64,000 bases of DNA from Candidatus Eiseniibacteriota bacterium (lineage in GTDB: Bacteria > Eisenbacteria > RBG-16-71-46), in assembly GCA_016223045.1 (NCBI GenBank), contig JACRPT010000145.1, forward strand, positions 12,040 to 76,039, given 5' to 3'. A model generated the notes under the pieces. The model was not told the DNA's origin. It saw only the letters and a program-made list of their open reading frames with translations, and did no database searches. Both the position numbers and the translations under genes were made by a program. Each line of letters begins with the position of its first letter. Position 1 is the stretch's first letter. Of the stretch, positions 1 to 10,900 are shown piece after piece.

Positions 1-196
1 GTGCTGGCCGTAGTAGGACACCGTCGGCTCCGGGTAGCGCAGCGACGTGTACCGCCCGGAGAGCCTGCGCGTCGCCGTCATCCTCCACTCGTAGACCCCG
101 TACTGGTCGCCCTCCACGTCGTGGATGGCCGCCCGGGCATTCCCGGCCAGCGCGGCCAGGATCGCCAGCGGCATGGCCGCCGCGCGCAGTGCCGTG

Positions 197-1000
197 CTAC
201 CGGTCCTCACGACGGCCTCCCCACGTCGCGATCACCCGCCGCATCACGCAATCGATCACCGCGCCCCCGATCACCCGTCCGTCCTGTCGCACCGCCTCGC
301 GTTCCACCGGCCACTGCGGCTTCCCGTAGGCGATCCACACCACGTGATAGATCGGCCCCGCGCTGTCCGGGGTCACCGTGTGACAGCGGCGGGTCCAGTT
401 CGCGGCGTACCAGGTGGCCGGGACGTCGAAGATCGCATCTCCAGGAAGCGGCTCAAAGTAGCGCGCCAGCGGATCCGTGGGTCCGCCCGTCGAGTCCAAC
501 GCTCCCGCGCACGGCCCACAGCCCAGGGCGGCCACCTGCGCCTGCGTGCGAATCCTCCACCAGAGCGTCGGCTGCTCGGGACCGAACCATGAGGTGTAGC
601 GCGGATAGCCGTTCCCCGGGTGGACCATGATCGTGCCGCCGTCCGGCAGCCGGTAGTCACCGGCAGGCGTCTCGCCGTCCAGGGTCACCCACTCACCGGC
701 CGCCGTTCTGAACCTCGTCGGGCGCCGGACCTCGTTGATGGCCTTTCCCCAGTGGGAAGTCATCTGGAGCGTGTCGGCTTCGAGCACGATCGAGTCCCCG
801 ACGTCGTTCGCGATCACGAGCCGGGGATCGAGCGGGTGGCCCCTGCGCGGCGCCGGGTCCCCCGGAGCAGCGGGCGGCGGTGCCGGGGCGGACGCGCGCC
901 CGGCTCCCAGGACCAGGATGCTCGCCAGGCACGCGGGCGCCAGCGCCGCCCGAACGAGTGACGCGGCCCGCCGCCGGCGGAACCCCTGTCGCGGGTTCAT
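197..1000 (-). CDS. Secreted hypothetical protein (267 aa). N-terminus has an Arg-rich, Tat-like signal peptide.
   Basis: Start ATG at 1000 overlaps the upstream ORF stop as ATGA. N-terminus is FRRRRAASLVRAALAPACLASILVLGAGRASA, followed by a long non-repetitive globular part. No recognisable catalytic motif. Confidence 0.4.
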   Translation of the reverse strand: MNPRQGFRRRRAASLVRAALAPACLASILVLGAGRASAPAPPPAAPGDPAPRRGHPLDPRLVIANDVGDSIVLEADTLQMTSHWGKAINEVRRPTRFRTAAGEWVTLDGETPAGDYRLPDGGTIMVHPGNGYPRYTSWFGPEQPTLWWRIRTQAQVAALGCGPCAGALDSTGGPTDPLARYFEPLPGDAIFDVPATWYAANWTRRCHTVTPDSAGPIYHVVWIAYGKPQWPVEREAVRQDGRVIGGAVIDCVMRRVIATWGGRREDR

Positions 1001-1254
1001 CGGTACTTCGTCTTGAGGGCGCCCCAGGTAATCCTGAGGACTTCACCCACGGGCTCGTCACCCGGGTTGCCGGGCGGATCCGCAGGGGGCGGTGGCGTCG
1101 GGGGCGGCGGCGAGGAATCCGCCAGCACGGCCGCGGGAAGGACGTCCTGCCAGGAGGCGATGGCCGAGCGAGGGGGCCCCGGCCGAGGGGCCGCCGACAC
1201 GATCGGCGCGAGTACCACCGCCAGGAACAGCGCAATCACTCCGGTACGTGCCAT
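997..1254 (-). CDS. Small proline-rich secreted protein (85 aa), translationally coupled to the downstream 267-aa protein.
   Basis: Signal-peptide-like N-terminus MARTGVIALFLAVVLAPIVSAAP, then a PPPPTPPPPADPP tract. Stop overlaps the next start as ATGA. Short and low complexity, so a weak call. Confidence 0.3.
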   Translation of the reverse strand: MARTGVIALFLAVVLAPIVSAAPRPGPPRSAIASWQDVLPAAVLADSSPPPPTPPPPADPPGNPGDEPVGEVLRITWGALKTKYR

Positions 1255-1674
1255 CGCCGCCTCCTTGGCAGCACGATTGACGATCCCGGTCCGGATGCAC
1301 GGAGTCCGGTCCCGCAGGACTGCCGGGCCGGCCCCTTTGTCTGTCGCAGGCTACCACCCGGGGACCAGCAATGGCCGTGCCCGACCGGCGCGGGGACACG
1401 CAGACCGCGATCCGCGCCGGTCCGGGAGGCCGTGGGGGTGTCGCCCGATGTCGTCAGGTGTCCACCAATGGACAGAAGTGTCGCCGTACGGACGCCTTTG
1501 CCGACGAATGGACACCCGAGCCGGCTGGTGGACACCGGCGGCGGTGGCTGCCGGGCCTGCGGCTGGCGTCTCGGTGTGCCCGCCGGGCCGGGTGCGGCCT
1601 GCGCGCGGCCCGCGCGCGGCTTGGACGCCCCGCGCGGGCTCGGCTATCCTCGCCCCGTGCGACTCGCCTACCAC

Positions 1675-2235
1675 ATGACGTCGTCGCCGCTCGGGCTGCT
1701 GTTCCTGGCGCGGACCGAGCGCGGGCTCAGGTTCCTCGAGTTCATGGACCGCCGGAGCCTCAAGCGCGCCATCGCGTCGCACGAAGAGGAATACCCGGAC
1801 GCGAAGTGGGACCCGTCGCTGCTCGAGCTGAAACCGGTGGCCGACCAGCTCGAGGCGTACTTCACCGGATCGCTCACCCGGTTCGCGGTGCCGCTCGACG
1901 TCGCGGGGTCGGAGTTCCAGCGCCAGGTGTGGGGGGCGCTGCTCAAGATCCCCTACGGCGAGACGCGCAGCTACGGCGAGGTCGCGAAGGCGATCGGGCA
2001 GCCGAAGGCGGCGCGCGCGGTCGGGCTCGCGAACAACCAGAACCCGGTCGCCATCATCATCCCCTGCCACCGCGTCATCGGCGCGGACGGCAGCCTGACG
2101 GGCTACGGCGGCGGCCTGCCGCGCAAGCGCAGGCTGCTCGAGCTGGAGGCCCGCTTCTCGCAGCCGGTCGGGAAGACCGGCAACCTCTTCGCAGCGGCCG
2201 CATCCAAGAGCACCACGGGCCGCGCCGGCCGCTGA
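1675..2235 (+). CDS. ogt: Methylated-DNA--protein-cysteine methyltransferase (Ogt/MGMT family).
   Basis: Contains the MGMT active-site motif IPCHRV with flanking NPVAIIIPCHRVIGADGSLTGYGGG and the ribonuclease-like N domain. The track ORF 880..2235 is a frame read-through. Start chosen at the in-frame ATG at 1675; GTG at 1657 is an alternative. Confidence 0.85.
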   Translation: MTSSPLGLLFLARTERGLRFLEFMDRRSLKRAIASHEEEYPDAKWDPSLLELKPVADQLEAYFTGSLTRFAVPLDVAGSEFQRQVWGALLKIPYGETRSYGEVAKAIGQPKAARAVGLANNQNPVAIIIPCHRVIGADGSLTGYGGGLPRKRRLLELEARFSQPVGKTGNLFAAAASKSTTGRAGR

Positions 2236-2310
2236 TCCGGCGGACGCGGCGCCGTCCGCCGTCGGCACGCGGACGCCCATCCACCGGCCACTCGAGGAAG
2301 GGGTAGCGCC

Positions 2311-3234
2311 ATGCGCCTCCGCTGCGCTCTCACGACGCTCGTCGCCACCACGCTGGCCGTGACCGCGACCGCCCGCGCCGGGCAGGTGCGGGTCTCGGTC
2401 GTCAACTTCGCGTTCACGCCACGCACGGTGAACTGCAACCTCGGCGACCACGTGGTGTGGGTGTGGCGCGCCAGCAGCCACACCGTGACCAGCGGAGACT
2501 CGTCGGGCCCCACACCCGACGGCCGCTTCAACAGCGGCCTGCTGGCCACCGGCAGCTCCTTCACCTGGAAGAGCGACGCGAGCGGACTCGCCACGTACTA
2601 CTGCGAGCCCCACGCGCCCGGCATGGCGGGGCGGGTCATCGTCGGCGCGGGGATCGCGGTCTCGGACTTCCGCATCACCGAGGTCCTGTTCAACGACGCG
2701 GGCGGGCTCGACCTGGTCGAGATCGCGAACCTGGGGAACGCGGCGGGCGACCTCGGACGCTACCGCATCGTGGTCGGCGCGACCGCGGTCGCCATCCCGC
2801 GCGACACGCTGAGCGTGGGGACGGGTGCTCGCGTGGTCGTCCACTGCAACGCCAGCGGCACCAGCACGCAGACCGACATCTTCCTGCCGACCCTGCCCGC
2901 GCTGCCCGAGCCCGGCTCGGTCGCGCTCTACGCGCCCGACACCGCGCCCGGCCACACCGCGCTCTCCGACGCCACCCAGATCCTCGACTACGTCGAGTGG
3001 GGCGCCGGCGGACAGGCGAACGAGGCCACCGCGGCGACGGCCGCGATCTGGGTGGCGGCGCAGTCCATCAACAACGTGGCCGCGGGGCACTCGATCGAGC
3101 TGTGCGCCGCCGCGCCGCGGAACGCGAGCGCGTGGGCCGAGATCGCCTCGCCCAACTTCGGCTCGAACGGCAACTGCACCACGCCGGCGCGGACCATGAC
3201 CTGGGGGCGGATCAAGACGCTGTACCGGGATTGA
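2311..3234 (+). CDS. Secreted cupredoxin (type-1 blue copper) domain fused to a lamin-tail-domain (LTD)-like domain.
   Basis: Signal peptide MRLRCALTTLVATTLAVTATARA. The copper-ligand motif YYCEPHAPGMAGRV carries the Cys-x2-His-x4-Met ligands. Downstream, FRITEVLFNDAGGLDLVEIANLGNAAGDLGRYRI is typical of LTD domains. Confidence 0.7.
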   Translation: MRLRCALTTLVATTLAVTATARAGQVRVSVVNFAFTPRTVNCNLGDHVVWVWRASSHTVTSGDSSGPTPDGRFNSGLLATGSSFTWKSDASGLATYYCEPHAPGMAGRVIVGAGIAVSDFRITEVLFNDAGGLDLVEIANLGNAAGDLGRYRIVVGATAVAIPRDTLSVGTGARVVVHCNASGTSTQTDIFLPTLPALPEPGSVALYAPDTAPGHTALSDATQILDYVEWGAGGQANEATAATAAIWVAAQSINNVAAGHSIELCAAAPRNASAWAEIASPNFGSNGNCTTPARTMTWGRIKTLYRD

Positions 3235-3385
3235 CGCCTGCACGGCGGGCCCACCGGACCCATCGCAGCGCGGCCGCCGGCGGGGCGCGCGCGACATCCA
3301 GCGGGAGCGGATCGCTCGATGACGCCCCCGTGCCCGGCAGCCCGGCGCGCGAACCGGTCGCGAGGAAGCGGGTGACTCCCCTGCT

Positions 3386-4411
3386 TCAGCGCGCGTCGAA
3401 GTGGTCGAAGCCCGCGCCGGGGAGCGGGCGCATGATCCCGTCGCGGCCGGCGAGGCCGAGCACGCCGGGCGCGCCGGTGAAGCGCCCGACGAAGGCGAGA
3501 GGCACGCCGGCCGCGCGCGCCGCGGCCTCGCAGTCGGCGCGACCGCCCGGCTCCACCGCCAGCAGCAGCTCGTAGTCGTCGCTCGGCCCGCAGCGGAGCG
3601 TCGCGAGCGGCACGCCCAGGCGTTCCGCGGCACGCACGAGCAGCGGGTCGTCGGGCCACGCCGCCTCCTCGACCTCCGCGCCGGTGCCGCTCGCCTCGCA
3701 CAGGTGGGCGAGGTCACCGGCGAAGCCGTCCGAGATGTCGATCGCCGCGGTGACCGCGCCGGTCCCGCGCAGCGCCCGCGCCAGCGCCACGTGCGCATGC
3801 GGCGCGAGCCACGCCTCGAGCAGCGGCTGCCACTCCGGCGCGCGGGCGCCCTCGCCCAGCGCGCGCGCCAGCGCCAGCCCGGCGCCCGCGCGCCCGGGCC
3901 TGCCCGAGACCGCGAGCAGGTCGCCCGGGCGCGCGCCGTAGCGCGTCCACGCGCGGCCGCGCGGCGTCTCGCCGACCAGCGTGAGCGAGTACCACTGCGC
4001 GCCCTCCACGGCGGCGAGATTGCCGCCGACCACCGCCGCACCCTCGGTCGCCAGCGCCGCGGCGAGCCCGGACTGCAGCGCGACCAGCTCGTCGGCGTCG
4101 GTGTCGGGGCGCGCGCCGATCGAGAGCAGCGCCCAGCGCGGGGTCGCCGCCATCGCCGCGAGGTCGCTCAGATTGGCGTGCGCGAGCCGCGCGCCGGTCG
4201 CGGCGGGCGCGCTCCACGCCGGCAGGAAGTGCCGGCCCTCGACGAACGCGTCCGTGGTGACCACGATGTCCGCGCCCGCGCCGGGCCTCAGCACCGCGGC
4301 GTCGTCGCCGGCGCCCACCACCACGTCCGGCTCCGCCGCCGCGTCCGCGCGCCGCGCGCGCTGGAGCCGGCGCAGCACCTCGAACTCGCCCAGCTCACGC
4401 AGGCTGGCCAT
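3386..4411 (-). CDS. thiL: Thiamine-monophosphate kinase ThiL (AIR-synthase-related family).
   Basis: N-terminus GEFEVLRRL...GDDAAVL...VVTTDAFVEGRHF and the mid-region SDLAAMAATP...VVGGNLAAVEG are characteristic of ThiL. Confidence 0.8.
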   Translation of the reverse strand: MASLRELGEFEVLRRLQRARRADAAAEPDVVVGAGDDAAVLRPGAGADIVVTTDAFVEGRHFLPAWSAPAATGARLAHANLSDLAAMAATPRWALLSIGARPDTDADELVALQSGLAAALATEGAAVVGGNLAAVEGAQWYSLTLVGETPRGRAWTRYGARPGDLLAVSGRPGRAGAGLALARALGEGARAPEWQPLLEAWLAPHAHVALARALRGTGAVTAAIDISDGFAGDLAHLCEASGTGAEVEEAAWPDDPLLVRAAERLGVPLATLRCGPSDDYELLLAVEPGGRADCEAAARAAGVPLAFVGRFTGAPGVLGLAGRDGIMRPLPGAGFDHFDAR

Positions 4412-5666
4412 GGCGGCGGTCCCTCCATTCGTGGCGCGACGGGAGAAGCAGCAGGAAGAGCAGCGCCGCGACCAGCGCGAGCGCCGCGTCGGTGGCCAGC
4501 ATGGCGCGCGGTCCGACCCGGTCCCACAGCGCGCCGGCGATGATGCTCGCCGGCAGCAGCGCCGCGCCCACCACGGTGTAGTAGAGCCCGTACGCCGTGC
4601 CGCGGCGGTCGGCGTCCACCAGGTCGCTGATCATGCTGCGCTGCGTGCCCTCGATGAGCGCGCTGTGCACGCCGAGCAGCACGAAGCCGGCGATCATGAA
4701 CGCAGCGCCCGCGTGCCACGCCAGCATGCCGTAGAGCGCGGCGAACAGCAGGTAGGCGGCGAGCAGGATGGGACGCCGCCCGATCCGGTCCGACAGCTCG
4801 CCGAGCGGCCACGAGAGCAGTGCGTAGACCAGGTTGTAGAGCAGGTAGACCAGCGCGACGCGCGCGCCCGAGAAGCCGGCGCCGTGCTTCGGGTCGGCGG
4901 CCAGCAGCAGCAGGAACGCGGTGCTCGAGTTGGCCAGCGAGAACACGCCGGCCGTGACCAGGAAGCGCGCGAAGACCGGGCCCATGGCGCGGGCCTCGCG
5001 ATGGAGCGCGCCCGGCTTCACCCGCGGCTCATGGCGCGGCGCGCGCACGAAGATCCCGAGCACCACCAGCGAGAGCACCGCGGGGATCGCCGAGATCAGG
5101 AAGATGCGCCGGAACTCCCGCGGGAACGCGCGCAGCATCGCGAACGCCACCAGCGGCCCGACGGCCGCGCCCAGCGTGTCGAGCGCGCGATGGAAACCGA
5201 ACGCGCGGCCCAGGTAGCGCGGCTCGACCGAGTCGGCGATCAACGCGTCGCGTGGCGGGTTCCTGAGTCCCTTGCCCACGCGGTCGGAGAAGCGCAGCCC
5301 CAGCACCGCGGACCACGAGGCCGCGACCGCCATGGTGGCCTTCGCCACGGTCGAGAGCCCGTAGCCGAACAGGAGGAACGGCTTCCTTCGCCCGATGCGG
5401 TCCGAGAGCCAGCCCGAGCCGATCCGCAGCAGCGCCGCCGTGCTCTCGGCCACGCCCTCGATGATGCCGAGACTCGACACCGAAGCCTTGAGCGTCGTGG
5501 TCACGAACAGCGGCAGCACCGGGATGATCATCTCGCTCGAGACGTCGGTGAGGAGCGAGACGAAGCCCAGCGCCACCACGTTGCGCGTGATGCCGGGCAG
5601 CCCGCGCGCGGGCGTGGGGCTGGCGGAGGAAGGCGGTGTGACGCTCACGGCGCGGGAAGGTAGCAC
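4395..5666 (-). CDS. MFS transporter (12-TM major facilitator).
   Basis: Hydrophobic TM-rich sequence with MFS motifs (GWLSDRIGRRKPF, ...DRIGRRPIL). GTG start. Its 3' end overlaps the thiL start by 17 nt. Confidence 0.75.
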   Translation of the reverse strand: MLPSRAVSVTPPSSASPTPARGLPGITRNVVALGFVSLLTDVSSEMIIPVLPLFVTTTLKASVSSLGIIEGVAESTAALLRIGSGWLSDRIGRRKPFLLFGYGLSTVAKATMAVAASWSAVLGLRFSDRVGKGLRNPPRDALIADSVEPRYLGRAFGFHRALDTLGAAVGPLVAFAMLRAFPREFRRIFLISAIPAVLSLVVLGIFVRAPRHEPRVKPGALHREARAMGPVFARFLVTAGVFSLANSSTAFLLLLAADPKHGAGFSGARVALVYLLYNLVYALLSWPLGELSDRIGRRPILLAAYLLFAALYGMLAWHAGAAFMIAGFVLLGVHSALIEGTQRSMISDLVDADRRGTAYGLYYTVVGAALLPASIIAGALWDRVGPRAMLATDAALALVAALLFLLLLPSRHEWRDRRHGQPA

Positions 5667-5732
5667 AGCGGGGAGCGCGGGGGCGCTGGTTGAGCAGGCT
5701 GGGATGTCGGTGTTCTGCTGTGCCCGGAGATG

Positions 5733-7763
5733 CTACCGAATCACGACCGCCCGCGCGGCTGCGCTCTCTCTTCCCTGCGTGAGCCGCAGCCAGTACACAC
5801 CCGGCTCCACCCGCGCGCCCTGCGACAGCGCGAACACGTGATGGCCCGGGCCGAGCGCGCCCACCTCGCGCGCGAGCACCCGGCGACCCGTGGCGTCGAA
5901 CAGCTCGAGCGCCGCCCGCTCCGCTCGCGCCAGCGTGAACCCGACCTTGAGATCGCTCCCCGAGGACGGATTCGGCCGCAGCCCGGCGAGCGCGAACCGG
6001 TACCCCGCCGGCACCTCGATCCAGGTCTCGGTGGAGAAGCTCGCCGACCCTCCGCTCCCCAGTACCAGCCGGTAGCCGTAGCGCGTCCCCGCCGCGACCG
6101 TGCGGTCTTCGAAGCGCAGATAGCCTTCGCCGTCGCGCAGCACTGTGCCCGCCCGCTCCCACTCGGACTGCATCGTGCGGCGATAGACCGTGGCCTCGTC
6201 CTGGTTCGAGGCGGCGGCGTACCAGGTGAGCCGCACCGCCTCCGGCTCGGCCTCCGCGCTCACCAGCGCCAGCGCCACCGCCACCGGACCGTCCACCACG
6301 TAGCGCTGCGCGTAGGCGCTCCCCTTCCCATTCCGGACCTCGCTCCACACCACGATCGCCCCGCCCTGGCCGTCGGTGCAGATCCGCGGGTGCTGCTGGT
6401 TCGGATACACCACGTCCGCCACCGGCAATCCCTCCGCCGGCCAGCCCGGCGCCACCTGCCCGCCCGCCGTCAGGTGCTGCACGTACACCTTGATACTGTT
6501 GTAGGCGCTGAAGGCCACGTACACCCCGCCCTGACCGTCGGGGGCGATGCGCGGGTCGTAGAGGTAGTCGTAGAGCGTGCTCACCGGCGTGCCGTTCACC
6601 GGCCAGCCCGGCGCCGGAGTGCCGTCGGCCTGTACCCGCTGCAGGTAGAGTCCCGAGCCGCGGCTGTCCTCCCACGCCACCAGCACCCCGCCCTGGCCGT
6701 CCGCGACCAGGTCCATCGGCTGCTGGGTGCCGTTCACGACTGCGACCGGCAGCCCGTCCGCGGGCCAGCCCGCGGGGAAGCCGCCATCGGGGCGAATGTG
6801 GGCCAGGTAGATGTCGTCGCCGTAGGGCTGGTCGGGTGGCACGTTGCGGAAGTCCGACCAGGCGGCAAAGGCACCGCCGGCGCCGTCCGAACACGCCACC
6901 GGATAGGTCTGCGTGTTTGCCGCCGTGCACACCGGCAGGCCGGCGGCCGGCCAGCCTGGCGCGACCGCTCCATCTCGAGTCCGGCGCAGCGCGTAGATGT
7001 CGGCGCGCGTCTGCGAGAGGTTGCGGCCGTCCACCCAGGTGACCATCACGCCGCCCGAATCATCCGCCACCGCCAGCGGGATTGACTTGTAGCCGGGGAA
7101 CTCGCAGAACACCCGGCCCGGCGCAGGCCAGCCGGCGGCAAACTGGCCGTCGCTGGTGATCCGCGCCGCCCGCACGTCGGGCGTGCTCCCGGAGTACCTC
7201 TCATAGACCACATAGGCACCGCCCGCGCCGTCGGCGCAGATGCGCGCTTCTCGCTCGTCATTGATGCTCCCGGCCACGATCAATCCGTCCGACGGCCAGC
7301 CCGGGGCGATCAACCCGTCGGACCGAACATGCTGAAGGAGGACGTCGATCCCGGTGGGTGGGAGGGTGCTGTCAATAACCAGGAAGCCCCCTCCCTGTCC
7401 GTCAGGAGCAAGCCCGAGCAGGAAGTCATCGAACCCCCGTCCGGCGGCGCGGAGGCCCGAGGCTGGCCAGCCCGGGGCGATGGCCCCCGAGCCGGTGACC
7501 CGCTGGGCGTAGATGTCCACATCATTCAGATTCCTGAAGTCCCGCCACGCAACGAATGCTCCGCCCTGGCTGTCCGGAATCACCTGCGACTCACCCCCGC
7601 AGCCGGGACATGTGTCGCTTACGGACACGCCGTTTGGGATCCAGTTGGCCTCCGCCGCCGCCGGGAGCGACAGAGGAAGCGAGGCTCCGAGCAGCAGCAC
7701 AGCCGCCACGGGCGCGCGCCCCCTGTTCACGCCGGGACGACTTTGTTCGGCCCTATCGAACAT
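5733..7763 (-). CDS. Secreted beta-propeller-like tandem-repeat protein with a C-terminal FlgD-Ig/T9SS-type sorting domain.
   Basis: At least seven ~50-aa repeats follow the pattern DGxGG(a)(Y/V)VAWxDxR....DIYaQR(V)..DG..APGWPxxGxPV. The C-terminus LRPNPSSGSDLKVGFTL...ELFDATGRRV...GPGHHVF...GVYWLRLTQG matches FlgD-Ig/Por-secretion C-terminal domains. The start was moved to the ATG at 7763 (signal peptide, purine-rich RBS) from the track's TTG at 7826. Confidence 0.65.
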   Translation of the reverse strand: MFDRAEQSRPGVNRGRAPVAAVLLLGASLPLSLPAAAEANWIPNGVSVSDTCPGCGGESQVIPDSQGGAFVAWRDFRNLNDVDIYAQRVTGSGAIAPGWPASGLRAAGRGFDDFLLGLAPDGQGGGFLVIDSTLPPTGIDVLLQHVRSDGLIAPGWPSDGLIVAGSINDEREARICADGAGGAYVVYERYSGSTPDVRAARITSDGQFAAGWPAPGRVFCEFPGYKSIPLAVADDSGGVMVTWVDGRNLSQTRADIYALRRTRDGAVAPGWPAAGLPVCTAANTQTYPVACSDGAGGAFAAWSDFRNVPPDQPYGDDIYLAHIRPDGGFPAGWPADGLPVAVVNGTQQPMDLVADGQGGVLVAWEDSRGSGLYLQRVQADGTPAPGWPVNGTPVSTLYDYLYDPRIAPDGQGGVYVAFSAYNSIKVYVQHLTAGGQVAPGWPAEGLPVADVVYPNQQHPRICTDGQGGAIVVWSEVRNGKGSAYAQRYVVDGPVAVALALVSAEAEPEAVRLTWYAAASNQDEATVYRRTMQSEWERAGTVLRDGEGYLRFEDRTVAAGTRYGYRLVLGSGGSASFSTETWIEVPAGYRFALAGLRPNPSSGSDLKVGFTLARAERAALELFDATGRRVLAREVGALGPGHHVFALSQGARVEPGVYWLRLTQGRESAAARAVVIR

Positions 7764-7910
7764 CGCCCACCCCCGATTCAGATTCGTCTTGATATTGGAA
7801 CGACCGGATGCTACCAAGCCCCGCAAGGTTGTCCGCGTCGTTTGCCTTCTACACGGGCGCCAGGGCCGCCGGGCCGCACGGGACGTATCTCGCCACCACG
7901 GAGGTCCACC

Positions 7911-10900
7911 ATGCGCTCAGCGATACCCGGCACGGGGGAACCGGCCGCCGCTCTCGGCCACACGGTCCAGCGCTTCCTGCTGCTCGTCTGCCTTCTGACG
8001 CTGCTTCCCCCGTCGGCGATTCCATCTCCGCCGCAGCCCCACCATCCGGGCAAGTGGACCGGCACCGTCAGCTGGGGCAATGCCGCGGTCCACCTGGTGC
8101 TGCTGCCGGGCGATTCCACCCACAGCAGCGTGCTGTGGTGGCGCGGCGACGAGCCGGCCGGTCGGTTCGGCGGTCTGTGGCGCTGGGAACCGCCGAACGA
8201 CGCGTCGGTCAATGCCGGCAACTACCCCACGTCGAGCTTCACCGACCGTCCGCTGCCGGAGCCGCCCTACGACATCTTCTGCGCCGGCCACGCCCATCTC
8301 CGCGACGGGCGGATCCTGATCGCGGGCGGGCACGAGACCGGCCGGTCCGAGACCGGCTCCGACTCGTCGGTGATCTTCAACCCGAAGAGCCTCGTTTCCC
8401 CCTGGCAGGTGCAGCCGAAGCTGGCCTACCGGCGCTGGTATCCGACCACCACGGTGCTGGCCAGCGGCGAGGTGCTGACCCTCTCCGGCACCCAGTACCA
8501 GCACCTGGACGTGTTCGGCGGCTTCGATGCAGCCGGGCAGACCAGCGACTCGCTGCGCCGGTTCGGGATCGCGAACCACACCGACTGGGACGCGGCGGTG
8601 AAGCCGGACGAGGACCCGTACGCGCCGTCGCCGCCACGCCGCCCGGACGCGCTCGAGGGGCTGACCATGGTGGATGGCTACGGGACCGGGGCCTACGAGC
8701 TGGTCTACGGCGGGCGCCGGGCCACCGGCGGAGGCCAGTACGCGTATTCCGACCTCCTCTGGTTCCTCTACAAGAACCCCAACGAGGGCGCGCCGGACTA
8801 CCAGTACGGGTGGCGGAAGTGGATGAACCAGAGCGCTGACAGACCCGATCCGTGCGCCTTCCACGCGGCGGTGAAGCTGGACAACGGGGACCTGGTGGTG
8901 ATCGGCGGGCTGAAGGAGTTTCAGGGAGTCGTCACCGTCAGCAGCGAAGTCTGGTACGGGAAGCTGGACCCCTCGGACAACGTTTGGAAGTGGAACCACG
9001 TCTACTCGACGACGGCCGACTCGCTCGGCCCACGCTACGCGCACGAGGCGGTCTATGACAGCGCGCTGAAGCGCATCTTCGTCTTCGGCGGCGCGAGCAC
9101 CCAGGGCAGCGATCCCGCCGATGCCGACGTGTGGTCCCTGAGCACCGACCCGCCGCTGAGCGGGAAGACCACCCGCTGGATCCGCTGCGCGGCCGTGAAT
9201 GGCGAGCGCCCGAATCCCCGCGTGCAGCACAGCCTCGCCATGGACGCCCGGCGCCGGAAGAACGCGACCGAGGGCGAGCGCCTCCGCGCCCTGCTCTACG
9301 GCGGCCGCAGGAGCTGGTCAGCCGCGCCCTTCAGCGACACTCTGTGGGTGGCCTGGTTCAAGGACAGCGCCACCGTGGAGTGGCAGCGCCAGACCACGCC
9401 CGCGGCCGGGCCGGGGAAGCGCGCCCGCCACGCCGGCGTGATGCATCCCTACAGCGATCGCTTCTTCATCGCCGGCGGCGACCTGTCGGGGCTCGCGCTC
9501 CCCGACAGCGCCGTGTGGGTGGGCTCGACCTACTGCACCACCTGCGACAACGCCCCGGTGAGCTGGTCGCAGGCGCCCTCGATGGTGCGCGGGCGCGCCG
9601 GCCACCGCGCGGGCGCTGTGGTCTCCGACGTGATCGCCCGCGTGCCCGAGGTGTTCGATCCCGGCAGCGGCACCACCGGGAGCTGGACCACCCACGCGCA
9701 GTCGCCGCGCCTCCAGGACTGGTACCCGTTCATGTTCCAGCTCCCGGCCGCGGTCGCGGGAGGCAGCAGGAAGGTGTTCTTCGCCGGCCCCGAGGACTCC
9801 TCGTTCGTGCTCGACCTGGGCGCGAGCCCTGCCGCGTGGAGCCCGTTCCCGGCCAATGCCAACGCCACCTTCGGCAAGCGGGGCGGCTCGGGCGTGATGT
9901 ACCGGATCGGCAAGGTGATGAAGTCGGGCTCGCGCGACACCGAGCTGCCCCCGCAGTTCGCCACCGACACCACGATGTCCGTGGACCTCGGCGAGTCCGG
10001 TCCGAGCTGGAAGCTCTCGGTCAACGACATGGGGTTCCGGCGCGTGAACCACGACCTGGTGCTGCTGCCGACCGGCGAGGTGCTCACCACCGGCGGCACG
10101 CGCTGGGTGGACAACACCGCGAACCAGGACCCCAACCACCAGCCCGAGCTGTGGAACCCCGATTACACCGACCCCGGCGCCCCGGACCGGCGCGGCTACT
10201 GGTACGGCACCAGTGGCCCGATCGTGCTCGACTCGACCAGCGCCACCCGCGGCTACCACAACAACGCGTTGCTCATGCCCGACGGCCGGGTGCTGTGCGC
10301 CAGCGGCTCCTTCGACGGCGGCCTGTGGTCCTACACGGCCGACCTCTACAGCCCGCCCTACCTGTTCAACAGCGACGGCACCACCCGCACGCGCTCGGCG
10401 ATCCTGGGGACCAGGGGCCGGCTCGCCCACGGGGACACCTTCTCGGTGGTGGTGGACAGCACCAACGTGAGCTTCGTGCTGCTGCGCGCCGGCTCCAGCA
10501 CCCACGGCTTCGATCAGGACCAGCGCTACCTGCCGCTCGCCGACTACTATGCCAGCCCGCCGCTCACCACCCCGCCGCGCCGGACGCTGCGCATCCCCGC
10601 GGCCGCCGACTCGCTGCCGCCCGGGCCTTACCTGCTGTTCGCGGTCAAGCCCTGGGGCACGCCTTCCATCGCGCGCTGGCTGATGATCGGCAGCCCGCCG
10701 GCGGATGACGACTGGGGGGACCGCACCCGGCCCGGGCTGGTGGGGAACCTGAGCAAGGTCTTCCTCTGCCCGGACTACCAGATCCGCTGGACCGCCCCGG
10801 CCGACGACAGCACCTGGCGGGTGACCGGCCGGGCGGTGAGCTACGACCTGCGCTACGCCAACAGCCCCATCAACACCTGGACCGACTTCCAGAACGCGAC

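Noticed and set aside
1351-4041. 896-aa minus-strand ORF (Arg/Ala-rich) spanning ogt, the cupredoxin gene and thiL.
   Set aside because: Low-complexity RA-rich translation that overlaps three well-supported genes on both strands. A typical high-GC alternative-frame artefact.
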